Virus record (IMG/VR): IMGVR_UViG_3300029532_000007
Span: 1 to 44,775 of that record
DNA: 44,775 nt
Reading direction: 5' to 3' (one strand)
Source: a virus
The position numbers were made by a program, and so were the translations under genes. A model generated the notes under the pieces. It was not told where the DNA came from and did no database searches. It saw nothing but the letters and a program-made list of their open reading frames with translations. Of this stretch, positions 39,839 through 44,775 are shown one piece after another (the first letter of the stretch is position 1; every line of letters begins with the position of its first letter).

Positions 39839-42211
39839 ATGGCACAGGACACTATCGACAAGATTATTAATATCCAGTTCAGATACTCGGATTTAATTAA
39901 AGGGTGGGAGGCCGCCTCGACAGCTATTGACATAGCAAGAGCCAAACTGCAAAAGTTCAAGGAAGCAGGAGATTCCGAGGGTGTTGCCAAGCAAGCGCAG
40001 ATTATCAAAGCGTTGCGTACCGAGATGTCGGCCTATACCCGAGAGATTCAAGCCAATATCCGCGAAGAGGTTAAACTGAATGGCAGCGTCGAAAATTTAC
40101 GAGCCGGTATTCAGAAATTAACAGCTCAATACAATAAATTGGGCCGAGAGGAACGGAACAATGCGAAAATCGGAGGAGAATTAAGCGCAAAAATCCGGGA
40201 GATGCAAACCGAATTAAATGAGGCTAACGCATCGTTGCTAAACTTTCGAGATAATGTCGGTAACTATGCGAGTGCAGCAAAAGGTTTTACTCCGCTTGCA
40301 TTCCAAGTACAGCAACTCGCCCGGGAATTTCCGTCGCTCACGATGTCCGCCCAGCAGTTTTTTCTGGCGATTTCCAATAACCTGCCGATGCTTGCCGATG
40401 AACTGACCCGGGCAAGGATGGCCAACAAAGCGTTGCGAGCCGAGGGGAAAGCGACTATTCCGGTGTTCCGGCAGGTTATTTCGTCCATCTTTTCCTGGCA
40501 GACGGCTTTGGTCGTGGGCATTACTCTGCTGACAGCCTACGGTAAAGAGATTGGAACGTGGGTAAAGGGATTGTTTACGGCCAAAGAAGCGGCGCTCTCT
40601 ATGGCCGAGGCACAAGATAAGGTGAATGACGCTTTGAAGAAAGACGGGTACGGCATCGGTGAACAAATCGCCAAAGTGAAAGAATTGCAGATACAATGGA
40701 AGGCCTTGGGCGATGATCTTAAAGCTCGGAAGCAATTCATTGTTGACAACAAGGATGCTTTCGATGATCTGGGGGTAAAGGTCGATAGTGTTAACGATGC
40801 CGAGAATCTTCTCGTGACGAATACGGGTGCTTTCATCGATGCCCTAAGTGCGCGAGCACGGGCGGCTGCGGGGATGAAGCTGGCCGCCGAAGCCTATGAA
40901 AAGGCGCTAATTGAGCAGCAAAAGGTAGACGAGGAAATAAAGAAAGGTTATGTTAAAGTATTTGTCAACGAGGAATTAACAACTATAAAACGGCCTTATA
41001 CGGACGCCGAAAAAGAGGAGTTAATGGCCCCCGTTCGTGCTTTGGAAGCTCAGGCCGAAGCGTATCTAAATGTATCGGCTGAGAGTCAAAAAGCAGCATC
41101 GGAAATACTCAAAAATGCAGGCATTGAGGAAGCTGCCAATGATAAAGTAAACAAAAAGGTAAAAAAAGGCATAACACTTGCGGAGCAGCGAGCCCAAGCA
41201 GTAAAAGCCGCGCGGGAATCCATCGTAAAAGACATTACAGCAATCGGTAATGCTCTGGATAAAGAGTTGGCCGATGCTTTCAAGGCTGGAGATAGTGATA
41301 TTACTAAAGGCTTCAAATCGCAATTAGAAGAGCAGGCGCGAAAGTATCAAAATAGGCTTACTGAAGCCACATTATCGGGTGGAAGTTTAGGGGCTGCTAA
41401 AGAAACTATTGCAATAGCCAAAGAACAACTGGCGCAGTTGGACGATATAGCCAGCAATGAAGAGCTTATCAATCGGTTAGGCTGGGACGATGTGGAACTG
41501 CAACGCCAACGGCTCGACCTCCGTATGCAGATAGCGCACGCCGAACAGAGCATCGCCCGGGAGCAGGACCGCACGGCGCAAGAAGCGGCACGGCAGACGG
41601 CGCAAACTTTCGGCGAATTATCAGGCATGACAGGGGCCTTTTCTGCAATGTTCGATGCACTGGGCGGAGAGGGCGAACGTTATGCGGAATTTGCGAAAAC
41701 ATTGGCCGTATTTCAGGTTGTTTTAGCGCAGGCCGAAGCCATAGCCAACGCCGTAGCCTCGTCAGCTAAAGCACCGTGGTTCATGATACCGATAACTATT
41801 GCGTCAAGTATCGCTACGGTAGTCGCAGCCATTGCGCAAGCTACACAAATAACAGATTCAGCAGAGACCCCGAAATACGCCTCCGGCGGTCTTGTCACAG
41901 GGCCGGGCTCCGGAACTTCGGACAGCATCCCTGCAATGTTATCCAACGGCGAAGCTGTGATGACCGCCCAGGCTGTCAACGACTGGGGCGCAATGCTCTC
42001 GGCCATGAACGTGGCAAGCGGCGGAAACGCCATCCAAGTATCGAATCTTCCCCAGCGCAACGACGGAATGAAGGGGATGGAGCGCATGATGGAACGGGCC
42101 CTGATGAATATGCCGGCGCCCATTGTTTCGGTGGTTGACATCAACAAGGGGCAGAAGCGGGTCAAGGTTCAAAACAGCCTCGGAAAATTGGGGCGAAAAA
42201 AATACAAATAA
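39839..42211 (+). CDS. Tail tape measure protein
   Basis: 790 aa. It has long coiled coils, central hydrophobic segments (FSWQTALVVGITLLTAY; APWFMIPITIASSIATVVAAIA) and the C-terminal YASGGLVTGPGSGTSDSIPAMLSNGEAVMT motif. Confidence 0.85.
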   Translation: MAQDTIDKIINIQFRYSDLIKGWEAASTAIDIARAKLQKFKEAGDSEGVAKQAQIIKALRTEMSAYTREIQANIREEVKLNGSVENLRAGIQKLTAQYNKLGREERNNAKIGGELSAKIREMQTELNEANASLLNFRDNVGNYASAAKGFTPLAFQVQQLAREFPSLTMSAQQFFLAISNNLPMLADELTRARMANKALRAEGKATIPVFRQVISSIFSWQTALVVGITLLTAYGKEIGTWVKGLFTAKEAALSMAEAQDKVNDALKKDGYGIGEQIAKVKELQIQWKALGDDLKARKQFIVDNKDAFDDLGVKVDSVNDAENLLVTNTGAFIDALSARARAAAGMKLAAEAYEKALIEQQKVDEEIKKGYVKVFVNEELTTIKRPYTDAEKEELMAPVRALEAQAEAYLNVSAESQKAASEILKNAGIEEAANDKVNKKVKKGITLAEQRAQAVKAARESIVKDITAIGNALDKELADAFKAGDSDITKGFKSQLEEQARKYQNRLTEATLSGGSLGAAKETIAIAKEQLAQLDDIASNEELINRLGWDDVELQRQRLDLRMQIAHAEQSIAREQDRTAQEAARQTAQTFGELSGMTGAFSAMFDALGGEGERYAEFAKTLAVFQVVLAQAEAIANAVASSAKAPWFMIPITIASSIATVVAAIAQATQITDSAETPKYASGGLVTGPGSGTSDSIPAMLSNGEAVMTAQAVNDWGAMLSAMNVASGGNAIQVSNLPQRNDGMKGMERMMERALMNMPAPIVSVVDINKGQKRVKVQNSLGKLGRKKYK

Positions 42212-42213
42212 TT

Positions 42214-42245
42214 ATTGCACAACGTGCCGAAGGTTTACACCTTTG
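42214..42245 (+). promoter_or_regulatory. Candidate internal late promoter ATTG-N20-CAccTTTG
   Basis: It has the same architecture as 5302-5333 and 29054-29085. It lies in the 160-nt gap after the tape measure gene. Confidence 0.4.
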
Positions 42246-42371
42246 TCACGAACGCTTATGAAGATATAAGCCGCGGAATCATGTACGAAATAACACCTAC
42301 ATATCACCACCCTGTAGTGGCCGAATCTGCCATAAGCGCGAGTGCTTTGTCTAACTTAACACATCAAACTA

Positions 42372-42953
42372 ATGGCAGTACAGGCATGTACCACTACGCT
42401 CGGGCGAGACATTCTCAATGATTGCAACGAGCCCCACGCAAAAGGCGTGGAAAAGTTTTTCTATTTCATCTCCCGGGATGCTATCGACTGGGACAAATCC
42501 ACGCGCGAAGGCTTCGTGGTTACCAACTTGGTGGCCCTGGCCGGCAAGCGGGGTTACAAGGTCCGTAACCCATCGAATGAAACCCCGGCGATCACCATCA
42601 CAGACCAAAACCCGAGCATCGACGCCGCATGGGACAAGGTTCTCCCCGTTACCCTTTTGGCTGACAGCCCGGAGAATGCCGCCGCAGTTCTCGGATTGAA
42701 GCAGGACAAATATGTCTGCATCTACGAGAACATGGAGAAAGGCGACGCGGGCAAACAGGCGTTCGGCGTCATCGGCTGGGAGCAGGGCGCGACTGGCGTA
42801 GATCTGAATATGGACAAGAGCGGAGATGTCGGCGGATGGACCGGCAATATCACCGAAACCGGGGCCCCTACTCCTAATCTGTTCTTCTACAAGACGGATT
42901 ACGCCACGACAAAGGCAGCACTCGAATCGCTGTGTTCGGCCGCAGCAGCGTAA
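42372..42953 (+). CDS. Virion structural protein (tail tube-like candidate)
   Basis: 193-aa ORF behind its own candidate promoter. The composition is that of a beta-rich structural protein. Confidence 0.55.
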   Translation: MAVQACTTTLGRDILNDCNEPHAKGVEKFFYFISRDAIDWDKSTREGFVVTNLVALAGKRGYKVRNPSNETPAITITDQNPSIDAAWDKVLPVTLLADSPENAAAVLGLKQDKYVCIYENMEKGDAGKQAFGVIGWEQGATGVDLNMDKSGDVGGWTGNITETGAPTPNLFFYKTDYATTKAALESLCSAAAA

Positions 42954-42955
42954 TT

Positions 42956-43336
42956 ATGCAATCAGCTGAATGGTATAGAGAGAGGGTTTCTGCCCCCTCT
43001 CTATCCGATGCCGACAAGTCTGTTATCAGAGCAGATTGGAAGCAGGCCACGGGCAAGAATTTCACCGCATCATTCAACGCCCGGTGCCCGAACTGTCATC
43101 ACGATGCGGCAATACTAATTTTACGGACTATGGATAAGCAGGAAAACGGCGGATACATTCTTAAGAGGGGTGTCGCTTTCAGATATAAAGGCAAAGTATA
43201 TACCGCCGACAATATCACAGCTCCGGCCGCTGAATGGTATATCTCGCAAGACCTGAAGCACCGAGACGATTTCGAAGTCCTTGCAAAGGATTACGACGAG
43301 TACGAGATAGTATCTTTCAATCGCAAAGAGGAATAA
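42956..43336 (+). CDS. Hypothetical protein (CPNCHH motif)
   Basis: The start is moved to MQSAEWY, 3 nt after the upstream stop. Confidence 0.55.
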   Translation: MQSAEWYRERVSAPSLSDADKSVIRADWKQATGKNFTASFNARCPNCHHDAAILILRTMDKQENGGYILKRGVAFRYKGKVYTADNITAPAAEWYISQDLKHRDDFEVLAKDYDEYEIVSFNRKEE

Positions 43337-43337
43337 T

Positions 43338-44255
43338 ATGGCTGACGACAATATTCGCCACGTCAATTATGCCAGTGATTTCCGAGTGGTGTTTTCATTT
43401 CCAGACGGCAAACTCCCGGATTATCCTTGGCACATCGAGCTAAAGACACCGGACACCCCGGCGTATAATACTTATGTGGCCTCGTTTGACGGGTCAGTTT
43501 ACAGGCGGTGCGTGCCGCTTGAAGATAATTCCATTCTGGTGCTTGTGGATAGGCACCATCTTGCGCCCGGCATCCTGTGCTACCAGATGAAGCGAGATGT
43601 CCCTGACAGTCTATTCCCCGACGGTGAAATGAATATCACAACGCCGGGATGCACCAGCATTGAGTTGTGGAGTGGAACATCGGAAGAACTGCCCATTGAG
43701 CAGATCAATACGATCATTGCCACACTCAAAGGCGAGCCAGGAGACGCCGGACAAATAGAAAACATAACCGCTTCAGTTAATAATACAACCGGCGCACCAA
43801 ACGTAGAAGTTCAACTTGGAGGCACCCCCGAAAAACGAACTATAGCTCTTAAATTTTCGGGGATCAAGGGCGAAACTCCCAAAATATCGGCCGACGAGGA
43901 AGGCAATATCTATTCTGACGGAGAGCTTGTGACCGCTGTCGTGGCGAAGGTCGTCGTTAAAGCCGACACCGCGTCCACCAACGCCGACCAGCAGGCCGCG
44001 CGTGCGAAATCTCTGGCCGACCACCCTCCGAAGATCGTAACGGCCGACGATACGAATTACTGGGCCTTCTGGAATGAAGAGGCGAAAGACTATATCACCT
44101 CGTCCGTCCGCTCGGATGGCGGTCCGATCTTCGCCACGTTCGACATTGATCCGGCGACAATGCTCCTGGGCGTGAATTACCAGCCCGGCTACGGCCACGG
44201 TTCCGAGTTCGAACTCAAGGATGATGGGCATTTGTATTACGAAATTAACGACTGA
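43338..44255 (+). CDS. Tail fibre-like protein with short collagen-like G-x-y stretches
   Basis: 305 aa. It has LKGEPGDAG and GIKGETP stretches and is followed by further fibre genes. Confidence 0.6.
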   Translation: MADDNIRHVNYASDFRVVFSFPDGKLPDYPWHIELKTPDTPAYNTYVASFDGSVYRRCVPLEDNSILVLVDRHHLAPGILCYQMKRDVPDSLFPDGEMNITTPGCTSIELWSGTSEELPIEQINTIIATLKGEPGDAGQIENITASVNNTTGAPNVEVQLGGTPEKRTIALKFSGIKGETPKISADEEGNIYSDGELVTAVVAKVVVKADTASTNADQQAARAKSLADHPPKIVTADDTNYWAFWNEEAKDYITSSVRSDGGPIFATFDIDPATMLLGVNYQPGYGHGSEFELKDDGHLYYEIND

Positions 44256-44260
44256 CAGAT

Positions 44261-44775
44261 ATGGCAAAGACAAATTTAGGGAAAGTAGGCCTTACGCCCA
44301 AAAAGGCGTATTCGGCGAGCATTACATACGAGCGCCTTGACTTCGTTACAGCGGGCGATTCGTCCTATGTTTCACTCCAAGATAACAACCTCGGACACCC
44401 GGTGACGGATGGGGCTTGGTGGCAGGTTTTGGCCTCCGGGGCCGCTTCGACGGAAGCCGCAACCGCCGCCCTAGCCGCTGCCGCCAAAGCTCTCGAAGCC
44501 GCCGCAGCGGCCGCCCCCGTCGTTGTCAACGTCGAAGGTGCGGATGTCACGATCAACGTCGAAGGCAACCACAAATACATCTGCGGGGAGTTGACCTCGC
44601 TCAAGATCGGGACCGTGGAAAAATCGGCCCGGACTTCGGCGATCTTCTTCACATCGGGAAACGTTGCCACGGAACTCACCTGGTCGGATGACCTCGTGGA
44701 CATCATCGGCTACAAGACCCCGGCGCCGAATCGAGCCTACGAGATCAATATCGAGGAACTCCGCGCAATCATCGA
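44261..44775 (+). CDS. Tail fibre-like protein, 5' part (continues at 1-103 across the circular junction; 172 aa total)
   Basis: ATG at 44261 (MAKTNLGKVGLTPKKAYSASITYERLDFV..) with the Ala-rich stretch AATAALAAAAKALEAAAAAAP. The frame is open to the window end and is missing from the ORF track because it has no stop in the linear window. Confidence 0.7.
   Translation, partial: MAKTNLGKVGLTPKKAYSASITYERLDFVTAGDSSYVSLQDNNLGHPVTDGAWWQVLASGAASTEAATAALAAAAKALEAAAAAAPVVVNVEGADVTINVEGNHKYICGELTSLKIGTVEKSARTSAIFFTSGNVATELTWSDDLVDIIGYKTPAPNRAYEINIEELRAII
44677..44775. repeat. Terminal overlap copy B (identical to 1-99)
   Basis: Direct reading of both ends. A 99-nt exact overlap is typical of a circular contig. 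Confidence 0.95.

Larger units (their letters stand above)
1..44775. mobile_element. Complete circularly closed temperate tailed-phage genome (unique length about 44,676 bp)
   Basis: Bases 1-99 equal 44677-44775 and one ORF is continuous across the junction. Integrase+attP, lysogeny regulators, recombination, packaging, head, tail and lysis modules are all present. Confidence 0.85.

Noticed and set aside
42215-42421. 68-aa ORF (TTG start) between the tape measure and the tube-like gene.
   Set aside because: It has a non-ATG start, overlaps the next gene and has no motif. The gap is better explained as a promoter plus leader.

Overview
The window is a complete, circularly closed genome (about 44.68 kb unique; bases 1-99 recur at 44677-44775 and a tail-fibre ORF reads through the junction) of a temperate tailed phage. 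The host is probably a Bacteroidota species. This is inferred from nTTG-N19/20-nAnnTTTG promoter boxes, a Bacteroides-type tyrosine integrase with a tRNA-fragment attP, and no Shine-Dalgarno signals. The genome has two large blocks. The plus-strand block (26405 through the junction to 8656) holds two HTH regulators with membrane-protein cargo, terS/terL, portal, prohead protease, capsid, tail genes including the tape measure, tail fibres, a lysis cassette, a beta-class DNA methyltransferase and a set of unusual small genes. The minus-strand block (26249 down to 8743) holds a LuxR-type regulator, a tRNA / tRNA-like cluster, RecT plus YqaJ exonuclease, replication-associated proteins, VRR-NUC, a pentapeptide-repeat protein, a Dcm / radical-SAM / Zn-ribbon / Dam operon, YopX, an excisionase-like HTH, attP and the integrase. 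No rRNA, CRISPR array, transposase or reverse transcriptase was seen. The items most worth follow-up are: (1) a translationally coupled C5-MTase / radical-SAM / Cys-rich protein / Dam operon, a possible new DNA-hypermodification module, with a PP-loop gene relic beside it; (2) non-canonical tRNA-derived RNAs, namely an anticodon-less tRNA-like gene, an acceptor/T-arm minihelix and a type-II tRNA with an aberrant anticodon loop, flanked by long ATG-poor structured spacers; (3) a four-segment attenuator-like leader with a 3-codon mini-ORF in front of the packaging operon; (4) two copies of a crossed divergent promoter switch flanking an AT-rich island of membrane proteins, candidate superinfection-exclusion or defence cargo. 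All functional calls come from motif recognition by eye. No database search was run.
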